The notes under the pieces were generated by a model. That model worked only from the letters and a program-made list of their open reading frames with translations. It did no database searches and was not told where the DNA came from. Both the position numbers and the translations under genes were made by a program. From positions 128,001-192,000 of the forward strand of contig CAVPZX010000005.1 in assembly GCA_963710375.1 (NCBI GenBank): a stretch of 64,000 nucleotides of DNA. Direction: 5' to 3'. Shown here piece after piece: positions 31,460-41,813 of this stretch (position 1 is the stretch's first letter; every line of letters starts with the position of its first letter). The stretch comes from Nitrospirota bacterium. GTDB lineage: Bacteria; Nitrospirota; Thermodesulfovibrionia; Thermodesulfovibrionales; Dissulfurispiraceae.

Positions 31460-32830
31460 ATGAACGATACAATTGCGGCAATAGCCACCCCCATAGGCGA
31501 GGGAGGGATAGGAATTATCCGGCTTAGCGGCAAAGATGCCGTTGATATTGCCGGTCGAATTTTTTTGTCCCGCGGCGCTAAAACACTCAGGGATGCCCCA
31601 TCCCATACTATCACATACGGGTTTATTGTCGATCCGTCCCAAGGGGGGAAAATAGATGAAGTGCTGGTCACAGTTATGCGTGCGCCGAGGACATACACAA
31701 GGGAGGATGTGGTTGAGATCAATTGTCACGGAGGAATGCTTCCGCTTAAAACAGTGCTTCAGCTGCTTCTCAGGGAAGGGGCAAGGATTGCTGAGCCAGG
31801 AGAATTTACCAGGAGGGCTTTTTTGAACGGCAGGATAGACCTTTCACAGGCAGAAGCGGTCATTGATATCATAAAGGCCAGATCAGACCAGGCAGAACGC
31901 CTGGCCCTTGCCCAGCTGGAAGGGAAGCTCTCCAGGACAATAACAGGGCTTCAGGACCGTATCACGACATTGTGCGCCTACATAGAAGCGCAGATTGATT
32001 TCCCTGAGGATGAACTTGAGACGGTAAGGAAAAATGAAGTTATTGATACAATGAGAACTATCGGTAAGGAATTATTAGACCTTTCTGCCGGTTATGAAGC
32101 AGGCAGATTTTTCAGAGATGGTGTCGCAACCGCTATTGTGGGGAAGCCTAACGTAGGCAAATCATCACTGTTGAACGCCCTTCTCGAAAAGGACCGGGCC
32201 ATCGTTACTGAAATGCCCGGGACGACCAGGGACGTAATAGAGGACACGCTGAACATTGAGGGTCTGCCGTTGCGCATTATGGATACTGCCGGTATACGCG
32301 AGACACATAATCTTGCCGAAGCAGAGGGAGTAAAGAGGAGCCTGAAGGCTATAGAGGGTGCTGATATCGTTATTGCAGTGCTGGACAGCAGCATGCCCCT
32401 TGATAAGGCTGATGAAGAACTGCTTAAGGCGGTTGCTTACAAAAGGACGATTGTCCTCATTAATAAATGTGATATCCGGTCGCCTGATTTCGCTGTTCCC
32501 GACAGCGCAACGAATGTTGTTGAGGCATCGGCATTGACTGGAGAGGGTATCAGTGAATTGAAAGATATGATTTATAGCGTGTGTATTTCTTCCGGAGTTC
32601 ACGGGGAGACTGAAGTCCCTCTCATTACCAACATCAGACACAAGCATTCACTGGACAGGGCCTCGCAGGCGCTTGCCGAGGCAGTAAACGTACTCGAAAA
32701 CGACATTCCACTTGAGATCGTTGCCATGTATGTGCGGGAGGCGCTTGATTGGGTGGGAACAATAATCGGCATTTTTACTACAGAGGATATACTCAATAAA
32801 ATATTCAGCGAGTTCTGTGTAGGCAAGTAA
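31460..32830 (+). CDS. mnmE: tRNA modification GTPase MnmE
   Basis: DTIAAIAT, GKPNVGKSS, GTTRD, DTAG, FCVGK. Confidence 0.97.
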   Translation: MNDTIAAIATPIGEGGIGIIRLSGKDAVDIAGRIFLSRGAKTLRDAPSHTITYGFIVDPSQGGKIDEVLVTVMRAPRTYTREDVVEINCHGGMLPLKTVLQLLLREGARIAEPGEFTRRAFLNGRIDLSQAEAVIDIIKARSDQAERLALAQLEGKLSRTITGLQDRITTLCAYIEAQIDFPEDELETVRKNEVIDTMRTIGKELLDLSAGYEAGRFFRDGVATAIVGKPNVGKSSLLNALLEKDRAIVTEMPGTTRDVIEDTLNIEGLPLRIMDTAGIRETHNLAEAEGVKRSLKAIEGADIVIAVLDSSMPLDKADEELLKAVAYKRTIVLINKCDIRSPDFAVPDSATNVVEASALTGEGISELKDMIYSVCISSGVHGETEVPLITNIRHKHSLDRASQALAEAVNVLENDIPLEIVAMYVREALDWVGTIIGIFTTEDILNKIFSEFCVGK

Positions 32831-32937
32831 GCAGTAAGCAGCAAAAACGGAAAAGAAAAACAGGCTATGTAAAAAAGAATGGATTCCCACCTACGAGGGA
32901 ATCCATTCTTTTTTAAGTCTTTGCTGCCTACTGCCTA
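32828..32937. repeat. Heptamer-arm hairpin (TAAGCAG) enclosing a perfect 18-bp inner hairpin; likely bidirectional terminator
   Basis: taagcagtaagcagcaaaaac / gtctttgctgcctactgccta; inner AAAAAAGAATGGATTCCC-N8-GGGAATCCATTCTTTTTT at 32871-32914. Confidence 0.8.
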
Positions 32938-32943
32938 TTTTTT

Positions 32944-33849
32944 TTACTTTTTCGGGGCCGGTGCAGGTTGCGGCGTAGGCTCCGGGCTTGGGGCCGGCAC
33001 CATCTTAGGGGCGGCAGACAGTTTTGCAAGTTCATCCTTGTTTATGTCGGCCTTGTAATTCTTTTTGAGGCCGTCTATGTATTTATCAAAGTTGCTTTTC
33101 TGTTTTTCGGCTGTCAAACGCTGCATGATCATTCCCTTTACTTTGTCATAATCGACAATCGTTCCTTTGACATCGGTCACCTTGAAAATGTGAATGCCGT
33201 CCTTTAATTTTACAGGCATTCCAACTTCACCCTTCCTTAATTTGAAGACAACATCCTCGATTTCGGGGGCAAGTTCACCCTTCTTGAAGAAACCCATGCT
33301 ACCGCCGGACTTTGCAGATTTTTTGTCCGTCGAAACTTCGGCAGCTACTTTTGCGAAATCCTCGCCGTTCTTGAGCTTTTCAAGAGCTTTTTTCGCATCG
33401 CCTTCATTCAGCACGACTATCTGGCTCAGCTTGATCTGATTGCGCAGCATAAAATCGTCCTTATGGCTGTTGTAATAGTCTGCGGCATCCTTCTCGCTGA
33501 CTTGTGATGTTGCCTCTATCTCTTTTTGAAGCAGCTCGTTTATCAGAGTAATCTTTTTGAAGTCCTCAACCTTTCTCTCGAAATCCTTATTCTTGTCCAA
33601 TCCCATTTTCTTGGCTTCAAGATACAGCATTTCTTTTTTGACCAGTTCGTCCACAAACCGTGAGGTGCCTTCAGGCCCCTGGAAGAATTGTTTTGCCATT
33701 TCCGGCAGCGCATTCATTTCTTCCTGCACATCCTCTTTGGTGAGGGTGTCGCCATCAATTTTTACTACGTAACTGCCTTGCATCCCTCCGCCTTTTGAAC
33801 AGGAGGCAACAAAAATAAAGGCCACAAACAATAACAATATTTTTCTCAT
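32944..33849 (-). CDS. Parvulin-type peptidyl-prolyl isomerase lipoprotein (PrsA/PpiC-like)
   Basis: Lipobox VASC; GEDFAKVAAEVSTD...GGSMGF...GIHIFK. Confidence 0.88.
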   Translation of the reverse strand: MRKILLLFVAFIFVASCSKGGGMQGSYVVKIDGDTLTKEDVQEEMNALPEMAKQFFQGPEGTSRFVDELVKKEMLYLEAKKMGLDKNKDFERKVEDFKKITLINELLQKEIEATSQVSEKDAADYYNSHKDDFMLRNQIKLSQIVVLNEGDAKKALEKLKNGEDFAKVAAEVSTDKKSAKSGGSMGFFKKGELAPEIEDVVFKLRKGEVGMPVKLKDGIHIFKVTDVKGTIVDYDKVKGMIMQRLTAEKQKSNFDKYIDGLKKNYKADINKDELAKLSAAPKMVPAPSPEPTPQPAPAPKK

Positions 33850-33930
33850 TATCAGGAATCTCCTTTTAAAATAGTAGTCTGAAACTCTAACATAATTTAG
33901 CCGTAAAAGTAAAAAATAGCGCTAAATGTG

Positions 33931-34117
33931 CTGCAATTCAGACAGAACAGGGTAATTTTTCTTTGCAAGCGATTAGTCCACTGTGCCAGTGCTGCTGTCT
34001 ATACGGAAAATCGGCCTGGTTCCAGATATATATCTGTGGGCTCGGCGTTACTCGCCCACTGCAGATAACCCAGGCGCTCGACTGCAGAAAAACAACCCTA
34101 TTCTGTCTGAATAGCAG
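33931..34117. mobile_element. Palindromic element carrying the family 1 core between unrelated terminal repeats (copy C)
   Basis: IR CTGCAATTCAGACAGAACAGGGT / ACCCTATTCTGTCTGAATAGCAG; core TGTGGGCTCGGCGTTACTCGCCCACT..GATAACCCAGG shared with copies A and B. Confidence 0.75.
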
Positions 34118-34212
34118 ATAAATGGGTAATGCGTTATGAATAACAATAAATCTATAGCCTGTAACTATAACCTGATGATCTCTGTATAATAAATATCGGA
34201 GTACGGTTATCA

Positions 34213-35268
34213 ATGAAAAAAGTAGTGGTCGGCATGAGCGGCGGGGTGGATTCATCCGTTACGGCGTATCTCCTGAAAGAGCAGGGATATGAGGTTGAGG
34301 GGGTGAGTTTTGTTCTTTATGAGGCGCGCCTAAAAACCCTCTTTTCCGGTTGCTGTTCTCTTGAATCTATCGACGATGCCCGAAGGACCGCAGGACATAT
34401 CGGTTTAAAACACACGGTAATTGATCTGAGAGAGGAATTCCTGGAGCAGGTAATAGAGCCGTTTATTGATGCCTATAAGAAGGGAATTACTCCAAATCCA
34501 TGTATTCTCTGCAACAAGCATATAAAATTCCCCCATCTCCTGAAGATCGCGACCCAGAAGGATGCTGCGTATATTGCAACAGGTCATTATGCGAGAGTTA
34601 TTGATAAAGAACTAAAGAAGGGAATCGACGTGCGAAAGGACCAGTCTTATGTGCTATATGTCTTGAGGCAGGAGGAATTGTCCAGACTTGTACTGCCCCT
34701 CGGAGTCAAGACAAAGCAGGAGGTGCGTGAGATAGCAAAAATGCTGAATCTCCCCGCTGCCAAAAGGCCTGAGAGTCAGGAAATTTGCTTTATTGGCGAT
34801 AAGAGCTACTGTGCCTTCATGGAGGGTCTGGCCGAGAAAATGGAAGGGCGGATTATAGATGTTGAAACAGGCAAAACATTGGGCAGTCACAAGGGAATCC
34901 ACCTCTATACAATTGGTCAGAGGAAAAGAATGGGGATTGCCGTCGGCAAGCCGCTCTACGTGGCAGGAATAGATCCAGCGCAGAATGCTATTTACATAGG
35001 ACCGAGAGAAGCTGCGATGAGGAGGGCCTTTGAAGTTAAAGAAATTAACTGGCTGGCGCCGGCTCCTGCCGGACCCTTCAGGGCAACGGTGAAAATAAGG
35101 TCTACAATGAGAGATGAGCCCGCCACTATAACGGCTGTTGGAGATGACCTTGCCGAAGTTGTATATGTTGAGCCTCAGTGGGCGCCTGCGCCGGGGCAGA
35201 GCGCTGTGTTCTATAACGGCGATACAGTTTTTGGGGGGGGGATTATCCGGTCCGTGCATGAAAGGTGA
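34213..35268 (+). CDS. mnmA: tRNA 2-thiouridylase MnmA
   Basis: MSGGVDSS, TPNPCILCN, ATGHY, KDQSY, ESQEICF, APGQSAV. Confidence 0.97.
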   Translation: MKKVVVGMSGGVDSSVTAYLLKEQGYEVEGVSFVLYEARLKTLFSGCCSLESIDDARRTAGHIGLKHTVIDLREEFLEQVIEPFIDAYKKGITPNPCILCNKHIKFPHLLKIATQKDAAYIATGHYARVIDKELKKGIDVRKDQSYVLYVLRQEELSRLVLPLGVKTKQEVREIAKMLNLPAAKRPESQEICFIGDKSYCAFMEGLAEKMEGRIIDVETGKTLGSHKGIHLYTIGQRKRMGIAVGKPLYVAGIDPAQNAIYIGPREAAMRRAFEVKEINWLAPAPAGPFRATVKIRSTMRDEPATITAVGDDLAEVVYVEPQWAPAPGQSAVFYNGDTVFGGGIIRSVHER

Positions 35269-35374
35269 AACTCTTGTAATTGTCACACAATTTTTTCTTT
35301 TTTATTCGATAAGTGTTATGTATTTTTTTGTTGCATGTAATACGTTGCAGTAATAATTTAAAAGGAGGCAGGCT

Positions 35375-37385
35375 TTGTTCGACTTGCGAAGGCTGATTCG
35401 TCAATATTGGTTTTTCGCCGCTGTTATCATACTGACAATCGCCAAACTACTATTGATTAGTGGACAAGAGCTGCGTCCGAACTTGAGCGGCTATGATGAC
35501 CTTCATTTCCTATCTGTTGCAGAAAAACTTAAGACATCTTGTTGGCTGGGAAGCTATGATCAGCAGACTCTTGTCGAACGGGATGTTCTTCCCTCTATGG
35601 ATTGCTGTTACCAGTTCAGCAGGCATGCCTCTCCTTTTCTCCCAACATGTTCTTTATGTAATCGCCTGTGCAGTAATGGTTACCGCCCTGCGTCCTTCAC
35701 TGCAGACATCAGGAACGAGGCTGTTTCTGTATGCCTTTCTGCTGTTCAACCCCATTAGCTATGCCGTTCCCTATACTACACAGGTCACGAGGGAGAGCGT
35801 TTATTGTTCCCTTACACTTCTTGTTGTTGCATGTGCTGCAGGTCTTATGCTTAGGATAGAATGGCCGGTTAAAAAAATATGCCAATGGTCGATAGCTCTG
35901 GGGTTATTACTGTCTTCTTTCTGGCTTACCCGCGAAGAGGGCGTGTGGATCACCCCGCTGTTGGTTATAATGCTCGGCTCTGCAATGGTTTTTCTATGGA
36001 GAAAGAAACCGGTTCAGTGGTCCAAGATGTTGATTCTAGGAGCGTTACCCATCATTATTTTGGTTGTCTGTGTGGGAACTGTAGCAGGCATTAATAAGAT
36101 TCGTTATGGCATTTTTGCCACTGTTGAATTAAAAAATTCCAACTTCATTGATGCATATGGAGCGCTGTCGCGTGTTAAATCGTCCAGCTGGAAACAATAT
36201 TATCCGGTGCCAAAGGATGTTAGAGAAAAAATTTATGCTGTTAGTCCGGCTTTCAGGGAAATCGAGCCGTTTCTGGATGGTTCGCTCGGGGAAAGATGGA
36301 TGGCTTATGGTTGCAATCAAGCCGGTCTTTGTGATGACATAGGAGGCGGGTGGTTTCTGTCAGCATTCCGTGAGTCCGTCACCGCAGCCGGCCATCATAG
36401 TTCAGGAACTGCCGCCATGGCATATTATCGCCGCCTAGCTTCAGAAATCAATGCGGCTTGTGACAGCCATTTGTTGGATTGCCTTCCCCCTCGTTCTACT
36501 ATGATGCCGGTATGGCACAGTGAGTATAACAAACAATTCCTCGATACGATACTGTTGGCGGCAAGCAACATAACAGGATTATCCGGCTTCACTGTTCAGC
36601 CGGAGCCTAGGATAATGCCGACGGATAAGCTCGATTATTTCAGGGCGATGACAAGGGAACGGATTTCTTCTCCAAGTACAGGGTTGTCTATTTCAGGATG
36701 GGTGGTCGATCTACAGGGATTGGCCTTAAGATTTTCCATAATCAATAAAAATGGTGCTAAAGCAGATTCCGCGGTTGAACGTGAATTTTCTCCCGGGCTC
36801 TACGAATTTTTTCTGAAGCGGGGTCAGGATATCCCTTCAGCCAGAAGAGCCGGCTTTAACATCATCACGTCCTGTTCTTCGGATTGTTCCCTGCTTATCG
36901 AGTCTGATAAAGGTATATCAAAAAACATTCCCCTTGATGGAACCATTGAAAACAGTCTGGACAACTCGCTGGCCCTTCATCTGAATTTCGTAAAAGCTGT
37001 CCCGATTTATCCAACAATCTCTACGTCAGTTGAGAGGACGAAACTTCTTTTATTGGATAAAGTCGGCAAATTCTACCAGCGTATAATGCCGGCCTTGGCC
37101 ATTCTCTCACTTGCCGGATATTTTCTGGTCACCTACTTTGTTCTGCAAAGGCGGCTCGCTCCGGAGCGATGGCTGATTGCGACATCTCTGTTTATATCGA
37201 TCGCAGGAAGGATTGTGCTCTTATCAATTATAAACGTTTCGTTATATCCGAGCATACATATTCGGTATCTCTCGCCGGTGTATCCCTTGCTGCTGCTTTT
37301 TGAATTCTTAGCGGTAACTGACTGTCTTGTCCTGGTTCGCACACGTTTTATTTCAACAAGTTATAAGGACAGTTTTTTAAAATAA
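35375..37385 (+). pseudogene. Multi-TM GT-C-like membrane protein split by a +1 frameshift near 35577
   Basis: AAGGAGG-TTG start. YDDLHF...WLGSYDQQTLV in the first frame continues as GMFFPLWIA...TREEG...RYLSPVYP in the second. Confidence 0.65.
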
Positions 37386-37480
37386 ATATTAAAAGCCCAA
37401 CCGCACCGAATCAGAAATACCCGGCAATGACTTCCGATATCCATTTTTACTCCTCTAGGTCTGTTCCACTGCGATGAATT

Positions 37481-38395
37481 TTACGGTGTTGATGCTTTCT
37501 TGTTCTGCTTTAAGAGAGTCTTTTTGAAATAAAAAAGGTTTAATAAATATAAAATAATTATAAGCAATATCCCAAACACAACATTGTCGAGCAACGACAA
37601 GATGACGGCCTTTTCTTTTTCGATGCCAACGCGTGACAAGAAGAACATAAAAGTCCCCTCTCTTATGCCCAGACCTGAAATCGAAATCGGGACCAAGGCC
37701 AGCACAGCTGCGATTGCGACAACGCTTGACAGATATGTAAAGCTGACAACTATCCCCAGTGATCTTGCCAAAACGTAAAACTGCAGGAAGTACAAGGCAT
37801 AGATCACCACATTAAGAAGCATCATTTTAATTTCGATCGAAGCATCAATGGACATATCTACAGACATATTGAATAACCGGCGCACCAAATTGATCAGACG
37901 GTTTTTGAAAATAAAGGTCATAAAAACCAGACCGAGGACCAGATAGAGCAGCGAGGGAAAATGATAGTTAATTACAAAAAAAATCCCGATAACCGCCAAA
38001 AGACACATGCAAAAAAGGTCTTGAAATCTGTCATGGAGATAAATGACAATTCCCTTTTTGGCCTCGATATCAAAATACTCTTTCATCAGGATAACTTTCA
38101 CGACATCCCCGAATCTTCCTGGTGTAAAAAATCCAAGATAATACGACTCGATATTGAGACTAACGTTATTAGCGTAACTGATAGTTTTGCCGAGATGGTT
38201 ATGGAGGATATGCCAACGGTACACTTTGACAAAATAAAAAAGAAAGAAAAAGAGAAAATAGAGACCAACTAATCTAATATCTATACGGCGCAAAACCTGA
38301 ATGACATGGGGAATATCCAATGAATAAATGATATATGCCAGTATGCCCAGCCCCAGCAATCTAAGGTATTTAATAATATTCTTTACTGAAAGCAT
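37481..38395 (-). CDS. Lysylphosphatidylglycerol-synthase-TM / YbhN flippase-like membrane protein
   Basis: YRW, FTPGRFGDVVK, DR, PISISGLGIRE motifs. Confidence 0.85.
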   Translation of the reverse strand: MLSVKNIIKYLRLLGLGILAYIIYSLDIPHVIQVLRRIDIRLVGLYFLFFFLFYFVKVYRWHILHNHLGKTISYANNVSLNIESYYLGFFTPGRFGDVVKVILMKEYFDIEAKKGIVIYLHDRFQDLFCMCLLAVIGIFFVINYHFPSLLYLVLGLVFMTFIFKNRLINLVRRLFNMSVDMSIDASIEIKMMLLNVVIYALYFLQFYVLARSLGIVVSFTYLSSVVAIAAVLALVPISISGLGIREGTFMFFLSRVGIEKEKAVILSLLDNVVFGILLIIILYLLNLFYFKKTLLKQNKKASTP

Positions 38396-38411
38396 GTTTT
38401 CTCCGCGATTA

Positions 38412-39461
38412 TTATCTGCCTAATTTTTTTCTAATTGCAGGGCCGATCAATGAAGCGAGTCGCTTAGGCATATATTTTGACCAAAGCCTATTGGGCAACC
38501 CCGGTCTTACAAATGCAGGTGTGCTTGAATACCGTTTATTTAAAGGATAAAAGTAATGAGAATAATCATAAAATGAAGTGCCCCATTTTTCTTTATATTT
38601 CCTTTGCCCCTCGTACCGTGCAACACTAAAATCGAAGAATTGACAACCCTTTGAATATGCCGCTTTGATCATTTCCCAGTGAACGAAATCATTTGGACGG
38701 TAAGCCAAATACTTTTTTTCGGAAAGAATAAAAATTATGTTCAGACAAGATTTTGTTTTCACTCCCCACAAGAGCGCCGCAATGTCTCCGTTGAATTTAG
38801 CCGTAAAGAGCTGCACTCTATCTTTCATTAGGCGCACCATATTCAAAAAAAAGATCAAAGGGTGCGGCGCGGTGCCGAATTCCTTCATTTTTTCGAGATA
38901 CATGGGATAAAAGATATTTTCAATGATCTGTTCACTGTATTCATTCTCACACGAAAGCGCATTTTCTTCTGCGCGTTTCAGATTTTTTTTTATGCTGTGG
39001 TCCAGGGCCTTATACATGCCGGCAGGCTCCGAGAGCTTTAGTATTGCATTTTCACAATCCGGCTGTTTAAAAAATATATTGTCGGGCACTTCACCGCCGG
39101 AGCATTTCACCCCCTTCAATTCAATATGGGAGGCGCCGCTTCCTTTTAGCAGCATGTCAAGCGCAGCCGCAAGGACATCCCTTTCAAGAACAATTCCGTT
39201 ATTGAGCACGATGCCCCCGTAATCAGCAAAAGGCATAGAAACAAGTTTCTTGCTTTGTGCAAACGGTTTCACCAATATGCTCGGCAAAATGCCGCAAAGC
39301 TTGCCGTTTTCATAAAATCCGAGCGTGTACCCCTTTAAACCGTATGTTTCTTCCACAAAAGTTGTATACGAGCCCAATTGGCTATATCTGCCCTGCGGGT
39401 GGTTATCCACAAAATCGTCCCACTCAATCAAATCACTGTTAGTAAGCAATCGATATTCCAT
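38412..39461 (-). CDS. FemAB-related GNAT-family protein
   Basis: WDDFV, LVSMPFADYGG, PNDFVHWEMI, FFDF, KEKWG; start placed at ATG 39461. Confidence 0.8.
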   Translation of the reverse strand: MEYRLLTNSDLIEWDDFVDNHPQGRYSQLGSYTTFVEETYGLKGYTLGFYENGKLCGILPSILVKPFAQSKKLVSMPFADYGGIVLNNGIVLERDVLAAALDMLLKGSGASHIELKGVKCSGGEVPDNIFFKQPDCENAILKLSEPAGMYKALDHSIKKNLKRAEENALSCENEYSEQIIENIFYPMYLEKMKEFGTAPHPLIFFLNMVRLMKDRVQLFTAKFNGDIAALLWGVKTKSCLNIIFILSEKKYLAYRPNDFVHWEMIKAAYSKGCQFFDFSVARYEGQRKYKEKWGTSFYDYSHYFYPLNKRYSSTPAFVRPGLPNRLWSKYMPKRLASLIGPAIRKKLGR

Positions 39462-39481
39462 TAAAATATTATCTCCGGTTT

Positions 39482-40168
39482 TCAGGCTGCCTTGCTCAAC
39501 TTGGCAAAGTAAACCTGATGAAGAGGAACTGTATATTTTTCCCATATCACCTTTGCGCCAGCTGATTCAAAAAGGCGATGGTACTCCTCCAGCGTCAGGT
39601 AATACTTGCCGCCATCCGTTATTTTCCAATATACTCGTTTTATGGCCTTCAGAAAAAGATTTGAAGACTGAAGTGGTTCATAGAGGAGAACCATTCCCCC
39701 TACCCTCACCGCTTCCATTACAAGCTCCCGAAGCGTGTCCATATCGTTAAGATGGTGCAGAACTCCACAGATTATCACTACGTCAAATGAATCGTTCTTA
39801 AGAGGATACGGGAGCTGGGTCAGGTGCAGCCATTGGCACTCAGGGTACTTCGAACGGCAGTAATCCACCATTTTTTCGCTGATATCGCTGCCCGTGAAGG
39901 AACCGAGAGACAACCCATGGGACTTGAATAATGAGTAAACGTAGCCTTCGCCGGAACCGATTTCAAAAACCAGACTGGAGGGCGGAGTATTCTGGATAAA
40001 CTCATCTGCAACGTTTACTGGATAGCGGTAGACGATGGGGCGGAGGCATTTCGCAAATGCGGTAACGAAATCTATTTTCAATCGATAGAGCCGGGGCAAG
40101 TCGAATAGCTTTTCCGCCAAGCTGTCTTTACGGGTTTTGCGATGCTGACGATTATAAAATGAAGTCAT
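39482..40168 (-). CDS. Class I SAM-dependent methyltransferase
   Basis: VFEIGSGEG, GSDISEKMV, SFDVV, VLHHL. Confidence 0.85.
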   Translation of the reverse strand: MTSFYNRQHRKTRKDSLAEKLFDLPRLYRLKIDFVTAFAKCLRPIVYRYPVNVADEFIQNTPPSSLVFEIGSGEGYVYSLFKSHGLSLGSFTGSDISEKMVDYCRSKYPECQWLHLTQLPYPLKNDSFDVVIICGVLHHLNDMDTLRELVMEAVRVGGMVLLYEPLQSSNLFLKAIKRVYWKITDGGKYYLTLEEYHRLFESAGAKVIWEKYTVPLHQVYFAKLSKAA

Positions 40169-40266
40169 ATCATTGGCCCCTTTCTCTTTTTTATTGGTGG
40201 AGTTGCCGCATTACAAGACCATCGGGCTGAAAAGAATACATATGCGACTGATGCATGCTAAGATTT

Positions 40267-40965
40267 TCAGCCATCCTTTATAAATATTACTGCCTCCCTA
40301 TGCAGGTCTAATAAACAATGAAATCCTTTATTCTCTAACACATCTCTAAAAACCGGGTTGATATATAAAATGTATATGCTTCGCCTGTGTAATCTCAAAG
40401 ATTCTTCAATGTTGTCTATGACTTTGATGAATACTTCCTCTCCGAACGGGTTGTAGAAAAAGAATATATCCGCATCATCCGGTATCGGGTATTTGGCTGC
40501 ATCAATATTCGAGATTTCAACTTTGGTGGCGTCGTATTTCTTTTTATTCCTCCGGTAAATGCGCAAATTGTCTTCGCAAATAGCACATAAGGCTTGTGAG
40601 ATTTCCACGCCGATAAGGCGTTTGAATCCGTATTCAAGTGCTACCAGAAGCACGCGGCCTTTTCCAGAGCCGAAGTCAATTAATACACTGTCGCCGAAGT
40701 CCATTTTTAATGTGGTGAGAAGTTTTTGGAGAATGTAATAATTAGCAGCCTGATATTTATATGCATTCTTCCTATCGGTAGCCCCAATATTCAGATCATC
40801 AACTTCAACGACACCTGTGGTATTAGTCCCGTACCGCAGATCAAAATAGAACTCGAAAAAAATAAATACTAACGTGCCGAAAAAGCCTCTTTTTCTGATT
40901 GAGCCCACAAGTAGTGTTCTATAGAATTCCCGCACGATTATCCTCATCCTTTTGTAGAATATCAC
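40267..40965 (-). CDS. Class I SAM-dependent methyltransferase
   Basis: LIDFGSGKGR, GVEIS, FFYNPF. Confidence 0.85.
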   Translation of the reverse strand: MIFYKRMRIIVREFYRTLLVGSIRKRGFFGTLVFIFFEFYFDLRYGTNTTGVVEVDDLNIGATDRKNAYKYQAANYYILQKLLTTLKMDFGDSVLIDFGSGKGRVLLVALEYGFKRLIGVEISQALCAICEDNLRIYRRNKKKYDATKVEISNIDAAKYPIPDDADIFFFYNPFGEEVFIKVIDNIEESLRLHRRSIYILYINPVFRDVLENKGFHCLLDLHREAVIFIKDG

Positions 40966-41755
40966 AGAATTGGGAGCATGTTATGAATGTAAAGCCCTTT
41001 TCGACAGATGTAGAAATCAGAGCGTTGAAAAAGTCTCTTGCCCTCGTTGAACCGCAGAGATTAAAATAAATCATATTGCGTATTGCCCGGGGCGGGGTTA
41101 TTGCCCTATGAGAACTTTGGACCAAATCAAAGCAATGGCAGTAGAACATTACAATAACAGAGTCGGCCAAATATCTGGAAATAACTCTCTTAATAGAAGA
41201 ACCCAATAACATGAAATAGGGGCTTCCAAATGGAATTTTCATTACCCCGATACTGCTGACAGGAATTCTGATAAAATTGTTCTCCTGGACCTGGGCCTCG
41301 TTAAGTCGTTTGTATCTGCCTGCTCTAACTATGAAGTCCACCTGGGAAGAATCATAACGGAACCATTGCCGAATACAGGCAAGTGCATAATCACTAATTT
41401 TAAAAGCCGGAGCCCTGAAGCCCTCAACTTTAAAACCCTTCCCGGCAATTTTATTGTAAGACCGCGCTACTTCTTCTTCTACTTCCTTATCCGAAAGGCT
41501 GTCCAAAAACTTAAAAGTACGCTCGGCAACTGGGTGGGAGTATCCGTGCGATGCCACTTCATGGCCATGGCCGATAATGTCTTTAACAAGATCAGGATAA
41601 TCATTAACAATTTGGCAGGTAACAAAAAATGTCCCCTTAATTTTATATGCATCCAGTAGTTCAAGAAAACTATTAACACCTTTTTCGGTATGCGGACCAA
41701 AATATTCGACATCGCAGGTAAACATGAAATACTTATTTTTCACAACTGCCGCCAT
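40919..41755 (-). CDS. Polysaccharide deacetylase family protein
   Basis: FTCDVE, TFFVT, HEVASHGYSH, GFRAP, YDSS; start placed at ATG 41755. Confidence 0.87.
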   Translation of the reverse strand: MAAVVKNKYFMFTCDVEYFGPHTEKGVNSFLELLDAYKIKGTFFVTCQIVNDYPDLVKDIIGHGHEVASHGYSHPVAERTFKFLDSLSDKEVEEEVARSYNKIAGKGFKVEGFRAPAFKISDYALACIRQWFRYDSSQVDFIVRAGRYKRLNEAQVQENNFIRIPVSSIGVMKIPFGSPYFMLLGSSIKRVISRYLADSVIVMFYCHCFDLVQSSHRAITPPRAIRNMIYFNLCGSTRARDFFNALISTSVEKGFTFITCSQFCDILQKDEDNRAGIL

Positions 41756-41813
41756 ATATTGCTTGAGTGATAACTCATACCGTCCGGATAAACCGGGCCG
41801 GAGTATGTCGTGC

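Noticed and set aside
39403..39411. TTATCCACA DnaA box / oriC near rpmH-mnmE
   Set aside because: Single box inside a CDS; no box cluster or dnaA near rpmH.
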